Virus record (IMG/VR): IMGVR_UViG_3300025646_000320
Coordinates: 1 to 25,873 of that record
Source of the DNA: a virus
Taxonomy: Duplodnaviria > Caudoviricetes
Strand: one strand, 5' to 3'
Length of the DNA stretch: 25,873 nt
Shown: positions 16,887-23,206 of the stretch, piece by piece
Position numbering within the stretch: position 1 is the first letter of the stretch
Layout of the letters: each line of letters opens with the position of its first letter
Made by a program: the position numbers and the translations under genes
Notes under the pieces: generated by a model
What the model saw: the letters and a program-made list of their open reading frames with translations, nothing else
What the model was told of the DNA's origin: nothing
Database searches by the model: none

Positions 16887-17567
16887 ATGATCTACGCTTT
16901 TATCTGCACGCGCTCTAAGGAACTGACTGATACAGCACATAACCTCTCTACCTATCTATCAGACGCAGGAGTGAAGGTTAAGTTTCTGGTTAATCAGAAG
17001 TCTATCTTCGGAGGATACCAGAAGGCATTAGACTCCAGTGACGTGAAGGACGACGACATTGTAATCCTGTGTCACGACGATATCGAGATCATGTCCAGCA
17101 AGTGGGTCTTTAGAGACTGCCTCATGCAATGCCTAGCACACGATGCAGGATTCATTGGTGTGGCTGGGACTGCTAAACTTCTAGAGGATGCTGTTTGGTG
17201 GAATGGTCAGGCGTGGAGAGAGGGACATCACTCAGGCATTGTCTGGCATGGTCCTCATGCTCTAGAGTCTACTCCAACCTACTATGGACCATACAAGACA
17301 GTCGTGGTCATGGATGGCCTGTTCCTTGCAGCGTCAGGAAAGACACTAAGGAAGGTCGGTCTAGCAAAGCCCAGCTACCTAGAAGGCGAGTGGGATTACT
17401 ACGATATCCACTATACCCTCACTGCCCACAAGCTAGGTCTAAAGAATAGAACAGTCCCTATAAATGTCCTACATAACTCCAGGGGCGAGTTAGCGGGAAG
17501 AGAGTCTTGGCACGTCAACAGAGCCAAGTTCATAGAAGAGCATCGCCTGCCGATCACTGCTTCTTGA
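16887..17567 (+). CDS. Glycosyltransferase family 2-like protein (Glyco_tranf_2_5 type)
   Basis: ILCHDDIEI (DxD-like), GFIGVAG, VVMDGLFLA and WDYYDIHY motifs typical of this family. Confidence 0.8.
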   Translation: MIYAFICTRSKELTDTAHNLSTYLSDAGVKVKFLVNQKSIFGGYQKALDSSDVKDDDIVILCHDDIEIMSSKWVFRDCLMQCLAHDAGFIGVAGTAKLLEDAVWWNGQAWREGHHSGIVWHGPHALESTPTYYGPYKTVVVMDGLFLAASGKTLRKVGLAKPSYLEGEWDYYDIHYTLTAHKLGLKNRTVPINVLHNSRGELAGRESWHVNRAKFIEEHRLPITAS

Positions 17568-17643
17568 TCTTATTGATGGCACGTTTGTTGAACATGCCCT
17601 TCTTCTTCATCTGCTTAAACTTCCTAGCAATAGCATTTAACAT
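17554..17643 (-). CDS. Small basic protein, 29 aa (MLNAIARKFKQMKKKGMFNKRAINKIKKQ)
   Basis: Hand-translated. CTATATA lies just upstream and is shared with the divergent gene. Confidence 0.45.
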   Translation of the reverse strand: MLNAIARKFKQMKKKGMFNKRAINKIKKQ

Positions 17644-17657
17644 ACCAATATATAGTC

Positions 17658-18134
17658 ATGACCGAGAAAGAGATCGCACTATCCTATACTTGTGAGGATG
17701 CTCTAAACAAGTGTAATGGTTTCGCCACAAAATGTGCAGAGGCCAATAAGGACTTCCAGGAGGCTCTTGCAAACGAGTCTAACAAGCTCTCTGAGGCAAG
17801 AGCTAAGTATGCCCAGCTAAGATACTCTCTGTGGCGCTACAGAGCCTTAGACAAGCTAGAGCGCATAGTCAGTGCCATCACTGTGATTGCCGCCCCTAAG
17901 ACCGAGGAAGGGACCTCCTTTCTCGACAAATTATGGCTCTTCGCCAAAACTATGTGGACATGGGCTCGAAGCGGATTTAAGATGTCAGACGAGCAAACTC
18001 AACAAGCTAGGCTCGAAATTTGTCATGCCTGTCCTCACCTCATCAAAGACAAGGTTCAATGCAGCATGTGCGGATGCATGATGAAGAAGAAGGTTACCTT
18101 GGACGGCGCTTCTTGTCCTTTGAAGAAGTGGTAG
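17658..18134 (+). CDS. Coiled-coil protein with C-terminal Cys-rich (DUF6171-like) metal-binding domain
   Basis: RLEICHACP...CSMCGCMMKKKV.L..ASCPLKKW pattern. Confidence 0.75.
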   Translation: MTEKEIALSYTCEDALNKCNGFATKCAEANKDFQEALANESNKLSEARAKYAQLRYSLWRYRALDKLERIVSAITVIAAPKTEEGTSFLDKLWLFAKTMWTWARSGFKMSDEQTQQARLEICHACPHLIKDKVQCSMCGCMMKKKVTLDGASCPLKKW

Positions 18135-18243
18135 ATTCTATCTTAGCAACCCACTGCTTACTAGCTCTGAGGTTGCTCCAATAAACTCGAACCTTCTGCT
18201 TCGCCTTCTTGCGCCAATAGTTAGAGTCCTTGTTTCTAAACAA
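18094..18243 (-). CDS. Small basic hypothetical protein, 49 aa
   Basis: TTG start overlapping the upstream stop region (MFRNKDSNYWRKKAKQKVRVYW...). Fills an otherwise empty gap. Confidence 0.35.
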   Translation of the reverse strand: MFRNKDSNYWRKKAKQKVRVYWSNLRASKQWVAKIESTTSSKDKKRRPR

Positions 18244-18730
18244 GGCTCTTGCCACCTAGAGGCACGTTCTTACCTTTGTTCAAGCCCTTCCTGATCAGGC
18301 TTGCAGTGCCCGCTCCAATCTTGGTTACTCCTCGACTGAAGTTTCGGATCTTGTCAGCACTTCCTGACTTGCTGGGCAAAGTATCTGCATACCTGTTTGC
18401 AAGTCTAGAAACAATCGAACCCCTCTCACCTGCTGCTGCCGTTGCGCGAGCAATACCCTTGGTTCCACGCATGGAAACCTCTTGCTCAGGGGTTCCACGG
18501 GTTCCTCGGGTGTTGGCGATAGGTTTCCCATCCTTGTCATTGGCCGTTCCAGGAAGATCATCTCCCGCAGAACCAGGAGTTTCTTGAGGTCCAACCTCAG
18601 CAGGGTTGGTGGACTTGCGTTGGTTACGCTTGCTCTTACGTCCTCGTCCCTTGGCGTTGTTCTTCTGCTGTCGAACACTCATCTCAACCAAGCTCGAAAC
18701 GAGTCTGGAGTATAGCTGCTTCTTGGTCAT
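18236..18730 (-). CDS. Basic, low-complexity 164-aa protein; possible internal head/DNA-binding protein
   Basis: K/R/G-rich. N-terminal LVE resembles the L/I-x-E cleavage sites of T4-type prohead protease (inference). Confidence 0.6.
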   Translation of the reverse strand: MTKKQLYSRLVSSLVEMSVRQQKNNAKGRGRKSKRNQRKSTNPAEVGPQETPGSAGDDLPGTANDKDGKPIANTRGTRGTPEQEVSMRGTKGIARATAAAGERGSIVSRLANRYADTLPSKSGSADKIRNFSRGVTKIGAGTASLIRKGLNKGKNVPLGGKSLV

Positions 18731-18840
18731 TTCCTGATCCTGATTCTAATCTTGCTACCACCTGAACTAGGTGGACGGTAAGTTCCAATCTTGCCCTTAG
18801 GCTTGGAACCCCCACATCCTCATTTGTAGGCGCGGTCCAT
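18727..18840 (-). CDS. 37-aa ORF with in-frame TGA at codon 7; candidate selenoprotein (MDRAYK*GCGGSKPKGKIGTYRPPSSGGSKIRIRIRK)
   Basis: ATG follows CTATATATAAAC. A long hairpin starts immediately 3' of the TGA. The final TGA overlaps the next ATG (ATGA). Confidence 0.5.
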
Positions 18841-18865
18841 GTTTATATATAGCTCTGAGCAAAAC

Positions 18866-18974
18866 TAGGAGTCCCTAAAACGTTAGGAGTCCCTTGAATA
18901 TATGGGACCCGTTATCTTTGTCCTACATACATCCATACATATAGCTGCTAGGGGATACCCCTATGGGACCCGTT
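18866..18974. repeat. Paired short direct repeats at the late/early junction
   Basis: TAGGAGTCCCT at 18866 and 18884; TATGGGACCCGTT at 18901 and 18962. Confidence 0.8.
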
Positions 18975-19010
18975 TCCGCGAACGAGTTTGCGCTTTTATC
19001 GAGATTCCCC

Positions 19011-19038
19011 TTGCATTCTCGCGGGGGCAGGCTATAAT
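19011..19038 (+). promoter_or_regulatory. sigma70-type promoter, leaderless
   Basis: TTGCAT-16-TATAAT-6 nt-ATG(19045). Confidence 0.75.
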
Positions 19039-19044
19039 GAGGGC

Positions 19045-19146
19045 ATGAACGACAACACCAGCACCACCGACATGCTCCTCATCGCCTTCCTTGCCATGAG
19101 CATCCCCTTGGTCTTCACCCTCCTCTCCTGCATTTCTCACGGTTGA
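19045..19146 (+). CDS. 33-aa membrane microprotein (MNDNTSTTDMLLIAFLAMSIPLVFTLLSCISHG)
   Basis: Starts 6 nt after the -10 box; single hydrophobic helix. Confidence 0.6.
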   Translation: MNDNTSTTDMLLIAFLAMSIPLVFTLLSCISHG

Positions 19147-19149
19147 CGC

Positions 19150-19178
19150 TTGCACGCAGGCGCACCACAGCCTACTAT
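19150..19178 (+). promoter_or_regulatory. sigma70-type promoter, leaderless
   Basis: TTGCAC-17-TACTAT-6 nt-ATG(19185). Confidence 0.75.
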
Positions 19179-19184
19179 ATACCC

Positions 19185-19256
19185 ATGAAAGATAAGGACG
19201 AAACCCTGGGCTTCTGCATCATGGCTCTTCTGTTCATCACCATCTTCCTAGTCTAA
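19185..19256 (+). CDS. 23-aa membrane microprotein (MKDKDETLGFCIMALLFITIFLV)
   Basis: Leaderless start; stop overlaps the next ATG (TAATG). Confidence 0.55.
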   Translation: MKDKDETLGFCIMALLFITIFLV

Positions 19257-19396
19257 TGGACCGCCATACACTCAACCTTGCCAAGCGTCGCAACCACCTA
19301 GCCAATAGGGAGTTCGCACGCAGGGCTCACACTATCACCAGCAAGAAGCGTGCTAACAACAAGAAAGCCTGCCGAGGATGGCGTTATGTTGGATGA
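19256..19396 (+). CDS. 46-aa basic hypothetical protein
   Basis: Coupled start; MDRHTLNLAKRRNHLANREF...KKACRGWRYVG. Confidence 0.55.
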   Translation: MDRHTLNLAKRRNHLANREFARRAHTITSKKRANNKKACRGWRYVG

Positions 19397-19562
19397 ACGA
19401 GATATGGAGCTTGAGCTTAAGCACCAGCATCTATCTGATGTTTTTGAAGAACTCAAGAGGATTCGTAGCAAACTACTGTATGGTGATGAGCCTGCATATG
19501 TTGTGGAGGATATGGTGCAAGAACTAATCTGGCGTGTCGGCCACTACATTGGAGAGTTTTGA
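19386..19562 (+). CDS. 58-aa hypothetical protein
   Basis: Track ORF 19350..19562; the internal ATG (MLDERDMEL) overlapping the upstream gene is preferred. Confidence 0.55.
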   Translation: MLDERDMELELKHQHLSDVFEELKRIRSKLLYGDEPAYVVEDMVQELIWRVGHYIGEF

Positions 19563-19777
19563 TGGACAAGGTATACATTCTGTGGCATATCGTTCGCTAC
19601 GAAGGCAAGGATATTCTGGGCGTCTTCAAGACTAAAGAGCGTGCCCGTGAATTTGCTCTAACCTATATCGACGAAAGCCCTTATGATTGGGAAACTGACG
19701 AATGGCATGAGGATGCGTGGTGGAACCCTGGCATGGACGCAGACCTGAGGATTGACGACGAGTTTGTCCTGCCATAA
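19562..19777 (+). CDS. 71-aa acidic phage hypothetical protein
   Basis: TGATG coupling; KVYILW...ILGVFKTKERA pattern common in small phage proteins. Stop lies inside repeat copy 1. Confidence 0.75.
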   Translation: MDKVYILWHIVRYEGKDILGVFKTKERAREFALTYIDESPYDWETDEWHEDAWWNPGMDADLRIDDEFVLP

Positions 19778-19827
19778 TGGCAGGGGCGGCGGCCCGCGCG
19801 TAAGTCCTTATATAGCAAGCACTTACG
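19769..19827 (+). repeat. Conserved intergenic element, copy 1
   Basis: CTGCCA-TAA-TGGCAG + 15 nt + CGTAAGTCCTT-ATATAGC-AAGCACTTACG. Confidence 0.95.
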
Positions 19828-19852
19828 ACGGCCACTTTCCTGAGGTTTAGCC

Positions 19853-19881
19853 TTGCAGGCGCACCACGCTTACCCTACTAT
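19853..19881 (+). promoter_or_regulatory. sigma70-type promoter, leaderless
   Basis: TTGCAG-17-TACTAT-6 nt-ATG(19888). Confidence 0.75.
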
Positions 19882-19887
19882 AGGTGC

Positions 19888-20061
19888 ATGAGCTACGAGC
19901 AAGACATCGACATCCAATGCGACTGCTGCGGCGACTACTTCCTCCCCTCGCAACTGAGCAGCGACTTCTTCGCTGGCTCCCTGGTCTGCGAGTCCTGCGC
20001 TGATGCGCTTGAGTTCGAGGCTGAGTTCCACTCTCGCAACGATTTCGATATGGGCGCTTGA
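19888..20061 (+). CDS. 57-aa acidic Zn-finger microprotein
   Basis: MSYEQDIDIQCDCCGDYF...LVCESCADALEFE; two CxxC pairs; below the track cut-off. Confidence 0.75.
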   Translation: MSYEQDIDIQCDCCGDYFLPSQLSSDFFAGSLVCESCADALEFEAEFHSRNDFDMGA

Positions 20062-20086
20062 CGCTTACCCTTCCCAACCCTACTAT
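20058..20086 (+). promoter_or_regulatory. sigma70-type promoter
   Basis: TTGACG-17-TACTAT. Confidence 0.75.
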
Positions 20087-20107
20087 ACACTCATAAGGAA
20101 ACTTCCC

Positions 20108-20347
20108 ATGAACATCAACTTCAACTCGCGTTACTTCACCAACCGTCCCACCTTCCAGCGTGTCCCTGGCTACTGCAACTCCAACTACTGCATGGTCCGC
20201 ACGGTGCGGAGTGGCATCACCAGCTACTCCATCGTCAACTCGCGCACGGGTGAGTTCGTCAACTCGGGTGTGACCCGCGACCACGCGGTCAAGGTGTGGA
20301 ACCGCACGGGCATCTACGGCCTCCCTCCGATGGTAAAGTCTGCCTGA
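20108..20347 (+). CDS. 79-aa hypothetical protein
   Basis: AAGGA RBS before ATG (MNINFNSRYF...); C-rich codon usage like its neighbours. Confidence 0.75.
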   Translation: MNINFNSRYFTNRPTFQRVPGYCNSNYCMVRTVRSGITSYSIVNSRTGEFVNSGVTRDHAVKVWNRTGIYGLPPMVKSA

Positions 20348-20353
20348 CGAGGC

Positions 20354-20451
20354 ACTCGGGAGGGTAGCTAACCTTCCGAGTATAAAGAAAGCGAGTGGCC
20401 CTCGGGAAAGGGCTGACCCTCGGGGGAGGCATCCCTCGGGGGTCCTTTCTT
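20354..20451 (+). other. Structured non-coding segment (multi-hairpin RNA and/or terminator)
   Basis: Hairpin ACTCGG.../...CCGAGT, then AAGAAAG/CTTTCTT enclosing GCCCT/AGGGC and a 13-bp stem with a GGCA (GNRA) loop. Confidence 0.55.
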
Positions 20452-20464
20452 ATGCTAGTCCTAC

Positions 20465-20523
20465 CTGCCATTTTGGCAGGGCCAGCGCCCCGCGCGTAAG
20501 TCCTTATCTATCAAGCACTTATG
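20465..20523 (+). repeat. Conserved intergenic element, copy 2
   Basis: CTGCCA-TTT-TGGCAG + 15 nt + CGTAAGTCCTT-ATCTATC-AAGCACTTATG. Confidence 0.95.
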
Positions 20524-20548
20524 ACGGCAACTTTTCTCAAGTCTACCC

Positions 20549-20576
20549 TTGCATCTGGTCGATGATAGGTTATAAT
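20549..20576 (+). promoter_or_regulatory. sigma70-type promoter with no downstream start codon
   Basis: TTGCAT-16-TATAAT, followed by AGGGCC-AGT rather than ATG. Confidence 0.7.
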
Positions 20577-20582
20577 AGGGCC

Positions 20583-20660
20583 AGTCAAGAGGAGATCGGG
20601 CCTCACGCTGCGACAGCGTTACACGCCCCTCCACATAAGAAGAGAACCCCAGGAATCGGA
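20583..20660 (+). ncRNA. Candidate small RNA
   Basis: Follows the promoter and has no ATG; interrupted stem GGAG/CTCC, GGGC/GCCC, ACGCTG/CAGCGT. The 3' end is approximate. Confidence 0.4.
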
Positions 20661-20669
20661 AGTTTCCTC

Positions 20670-20698
20670 TTGACGCCCCACCCCGCACTCGTTACAAT
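20670..20698 (+). promoter_or_regulatory. sigma70-type promoter, leaderless
   Basis: TTGACG-17-TACAAT-7 nt-ATG(20706). Confidence 0.75.
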
Positions 20699-20705
20699 GC
20701 ACACC

Positions 20706-21209
20706 ATGAACAACAACGACCTCTACACTCAGTTCCTCCCCTTCGCCAAGTCCACCGCTGCCAAGTTCTGCGCCATGCCTAGCGTGGCCTCGCAGATGGA
20801 CGCTGACGATATGGTGCAGGAGCTTATGATCCGCCTGTTCGACAAGATCAACGAGTTCGATCCTGATAAGGGCATGAAGCTCTCGACCTATGGCTGCCAG
20901 ATCATCCGCTGGCGTGCTGGTGAGATTCACAAGGCGTGCAAGGCTGCGGTCGAGCAGGGCAAGGGTTATATGCCCTCCCTCAACGCTATGGCCGAGGATG
21001 ATCGTTCCGACGATTGGCACCCTGCCCACTATGATGATGCCAGCGAGCAGTATCTTGAGGGTCTGTCTGATCGTGACCGTGATATCATCCTGCGCCATAG
21101 CGTCAACGGTGAGAGCCTGCGCTCTATCGGTCAGGACTACGGCGTGAGCGGTGAGGCTGTTCGCCTGTGGCACAAGGCTGCTCTGGCTCAGGTGTCCTTG
21201 GGGCTGTAA
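20706..21209 (+). CDS. Sigma70-family RNA polymerase sigma factor-like protein (regions 2 and 4), 167 aa
   Basis: DDMVQELMIRLFDKINEFDPDKGMKLSTY (region 2) and LSDRDRDIILRH..GESLRSIGQDYGVSGEAVR (region 4 HTH). Start revised from 20562. Confidence 0.85.
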   Translation: MNNNDLYTQFLPFAKSTAAKFCAMPSVASQMDADDMVQELMIRLFDKINEFDPDKGMKLSTYGCQIIRWRAGEIHKACKAAVEQGKGYMPSLNAMAEDDRSDDWHPAHYDDASEQYLEGLSDRDRDIILRHSVNGESLRSIGQDYGVSGEAVRLWHKAALAQVSLGL

Positions 21210-21293
21210 GTCCTGACCCCGCAAGGGGTTACACCTGCCATTTTGGCAGCGCCGCCCGCCCGCGCGTAAACCCTTGCAGGACAAGGACTTACG
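21205..21293 (+). repeat. Conserved intergenic element, copy 3, with extra upstream 11-7-11 site
   Basis: TGTAAGTCCTG-ACCCCGC-AAGGGGTTACA, C, CTGCCATTTTGGCAG, 15 nt, CGTAAACCCTT-GCAGGAC-AAGGACTTACG. Confidence 0.95.
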
Positions 21294-21317
21294 ACGATAA
21301 CTTTCTCATCATTTCCC

Positions 21318-21346
21318 TTGTGCCCCTTATCTCTGGCCCCTATTAT
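21318..21346 (+). promoter_or_regulatory. sigma70-type promoter, leaderless
   Basis: TTGTGC-17-TATTAT-6 nt-ATG(21353). Confidence 0.75.
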
Positions 21347-21352
21347 ACACGC

Positions 21353-22141
21353 ATGGTTACCTTCCTCACTAAAGACGACATCGCATCCCGCACCCCCTCC
21401 GCGTTCACCCGCACTCCTCACGAGTGGATGAGTGATCGCTATGTTATGGTCCCGACTGAGGACCTCATCGACCAGATGGACACCCTGGGCTGGGGTGTGG
21501 TCGATGCCAAGCAAGCAAAGACCTATGGCGGCAAGCGTTCCGCTGCCAACAAGAAGCACCTGATCGAGTTCGAGAGCTATGATCGCAGCATTCTTCTTGA
21601 CGATCCTCGCACGGGCGAGAAGGTCCACCCTCGCGCCCTCATCACCAACTCCAGCGACGGCACTTCCAAGCTGTCGATGGCTGCGGGTCTGTTCGCTATG
21701 GTCTGCTCCAATGGCCTTGTGGTCCAGACCGTGGACCTGGGCGCATTCTCCTCCAAGCATATCGGCCTCACGCTTGAGAGCGTGTCGGAGGCTCTCGATG
21801 GCCTCGCGTCCTCTCTTCCTGGTATCACTCAGAGTATGCAGGCCATGAGCGAGCGCACGCTGGACCATGATGAGCAGATCGTGCTGGCGTCCGCTGGTAA
21901 GGTTGCCCGCTGGGGTGCTGATTCTGGCATCGACCCTGAGATGCTGCTCTCTGCTCACCGCACCGCCGACATCGGCAACGACCTGTGGCGCGTGTTCAAC
22001 CGTGTCCAAGAGAACACTATCCGTGGCGGATTCAAGGGTGAGGGCCAGAAGCGTGTGGCCCGTGAGCTTACCAACCTCGACGCACTCAACCGCGTCAACC
22101 TCGACCTGTGGAACGCTGCCGAGCTTATGCTCGCTGCCTGA
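21353..22141 (+). CDS. DUF932/DUF945 family protein (YafZ/YfjQ/YubP-like), 262 aa
   Basis: PSAF...H..SDRY..VPT, KHLIEF, ITNSSDGTS.....AGLFAMVCSNGLVV, DLWRVFNRVQENTIRGG, N..LW..AE. Start revised from 21167. Confidence 0.85.
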   Translation: MVTFLTKDDIASRTPSAFTRTPHEWMSDRYVMVPTEDLIDQMDTLGWGVVDAKQAKTYGGKRSAANKKHLIEFESYDRSILLDDPRTGEKVHPRALITNSSDGTSKLSMAAGLFAMVCSNGLVVQTVDLGAFSSKHIGLTLESVSEALDGLASSLPGITQSMQAMSERTLDHDEQIVLASAGKVARWGADSGIDPEMLLSAHRTADIGNDLWRVFNRVQENTIRGGFKGEGQKRVARELTNLDALNRVNLDLWNAAELMLAA

Positions 22142-22170
22142 GTCAAGATAAATCTAGGGAAAGTGGCCTT

Positions 22171-22261
22171 CCTAACTCCTTGCTCCGCAGGGGGTTAGGG
22201 GCCTGCCATTTTGGCAGGGGCGGCGCTCCGCGCATAAACCCTTGCAGGACAAGGACTTACG
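22171..22261 (+). repeat. Conserved intergenic element, copy 4, with extra upstream 11-7-11 site
   Basis: CCTAACTCCTT-GCTCCGC-AGGGGGTTAGG, then CTGCCATTTTGGCAG, 15 nt, CATAAACCCTT-GCAGGAC-AAGGACTTACG. Confidence 0.95.
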
Positions 22262-22285
22262 ACGGCTCGAATCCAGGGATTATGC

Positions 22286-22314
22286 TTGCGACCCTATCCT
22301 CCCCTTGCTACTAT
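22286..22314 (+). promoter_or_regulatory. sigma70-type promoter, leaderless
   Basis: TTGCGA-17-TACTAT-6 nt-ATG(22321). Confidence 0.75.
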
Positions 22315-22320
22315 AGGGGC

Positions 22321-22527
22321 ATGAAACGACACGCTATCCACCTCGCCAGCATCGTGGCTGGTCATGCTTTCCGCTTGGGCTATTACCATCTCGCCCCTCG
22401 CCATGCGGACAAGCTGCTCTCCGTCTATATTGGGCTTCGTCGTCGTCAACCTCGCATGGCATGTGGTAACCATTGGGGTAACCATAAGGGTAGCAACCAA
22501 GCTCCCCTCCGTGCTTGCCAAGGTTGA
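22321..22527 (+). CDS. 68-aa basic His-rich hypothetical protein
   Basis: Leaderless ATG (MKRHAIHLAS...). Start revised from 22108. Confidence 0.6.
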   Translation: MKRHAIHLASIVAGHAFRLGYYHLAPRHADKLLSVYIGLRRRQPRMACGNHWGNHKGSNQAPLRACQG

Positions 22528-22543
22528 GATTCGAGCCTAGTAT
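22515..22543 (+). promoter_or_regulatory. sigma70-type promoter, leaderless
   Basis: TTGCCA-17-TAGTAT-6 nt-ATG(22550). Confidence 0.7.
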
Positions 22544-22549
22544 AACCAT

Positions 22550-23206
22550 ATGTCCCTCACGACTACTCGCTACCAGAAGTCCATCAAGCCTGTCCCGACG
22601 AATCATGTATTCATGCTCAAGTCGGGTGGCAACAATAAGAAGCTAGGCCGTCGCATCAAGAAAGGTCCGTGGTCTGGTGCCCCTATTTATTCTCTCACGC
22701 TTACAGAGCGTGATACTTGCCCTCGCACTTGCCACCATTGGGACGATTGCTATGGCAACAATATGCCCTTCGCCACTCGTTATAGTGTGGAGGATTACGA
22801 TGCTTTTATTGAGCGTCTAGAATGGGAGATCGACACTCTTATTGCCAAGCATGGCAAGATTGCTGTTCGTCTCCATGTGCTAGGTGATTTCTTCTCTGAG
22901 CGTTATGTGACCTTCTGGGATGAGATGCTCTGTAAGCATGATGGTCTTCTCATCTGGGGATATACTGCTCGCCGTGGTATCATCTCTGATCGCATCGAGC
23001 GATTGAATGCCACCTATCCTGCGCGTTGCGTTATTCGTTGGTCGCGCTCATTTACTTCCAATTCTCCCAGCATCCGCTATGCTGCCGAAGAATCATTCCA
23101 AGGTAAGTCCTTCACTTGTCCTGAGCAGACTGGAAAGACTGATTCTTGTGGCACTTGTGGCGCATGTTGGCAATCTACCCTCACCGTCAAGTTCCTGTCG
23201 CACTGA
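22550..23206 (+). CDS. GP88-like Cys-rich (Fe-S/radical-SAM-like) phage protein
   Basis: N.KLG, TCPRTCHHWDDCY, RLHVLGDF, WGYT, CPEQ....SCGTCGACW. Confidence 0.7.
   Translation: MSLTTTRYQKSIKPVPTNHVFMLKSGGNNKKLGRRIKKGPWSGAPIYSLTLTERDTCPRTCHHWDDCYGNNMPFATRYSVEDYDAFIERLEWEIDTLIAKHGKIAVRLHVLGDFFSERYVTFWDEMLCKHDGLLIWGYTARRGIISDRIERLNATYPARCVIRWSRSFTSNSPSIRYAAEESFQGKSFTCPEQTGKTDSCGTCGACWQSTLTVKFLSH

Noticed and set aside
12434-18715. Opposite-strand or off-frame short ORFs inside the 497-aa gene, portal, terminase, glycosyltransferase and 164-aa gene
   Set aside because: They overlap well-supported genes and show no recognisable motifs.
20344-20412. Hammerhead ribozyme (CTGACGA ... GAAA present)
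   Set aside because: I could not build stem II closing directly onto GAAA, nor stems I/III with an NUH site. An Infernal search would settle it.
20471-20490. TTGGCA in the palindrome as a sigma54 -24 box
   Set aside because: No TTGC -12 element at the required spacing.
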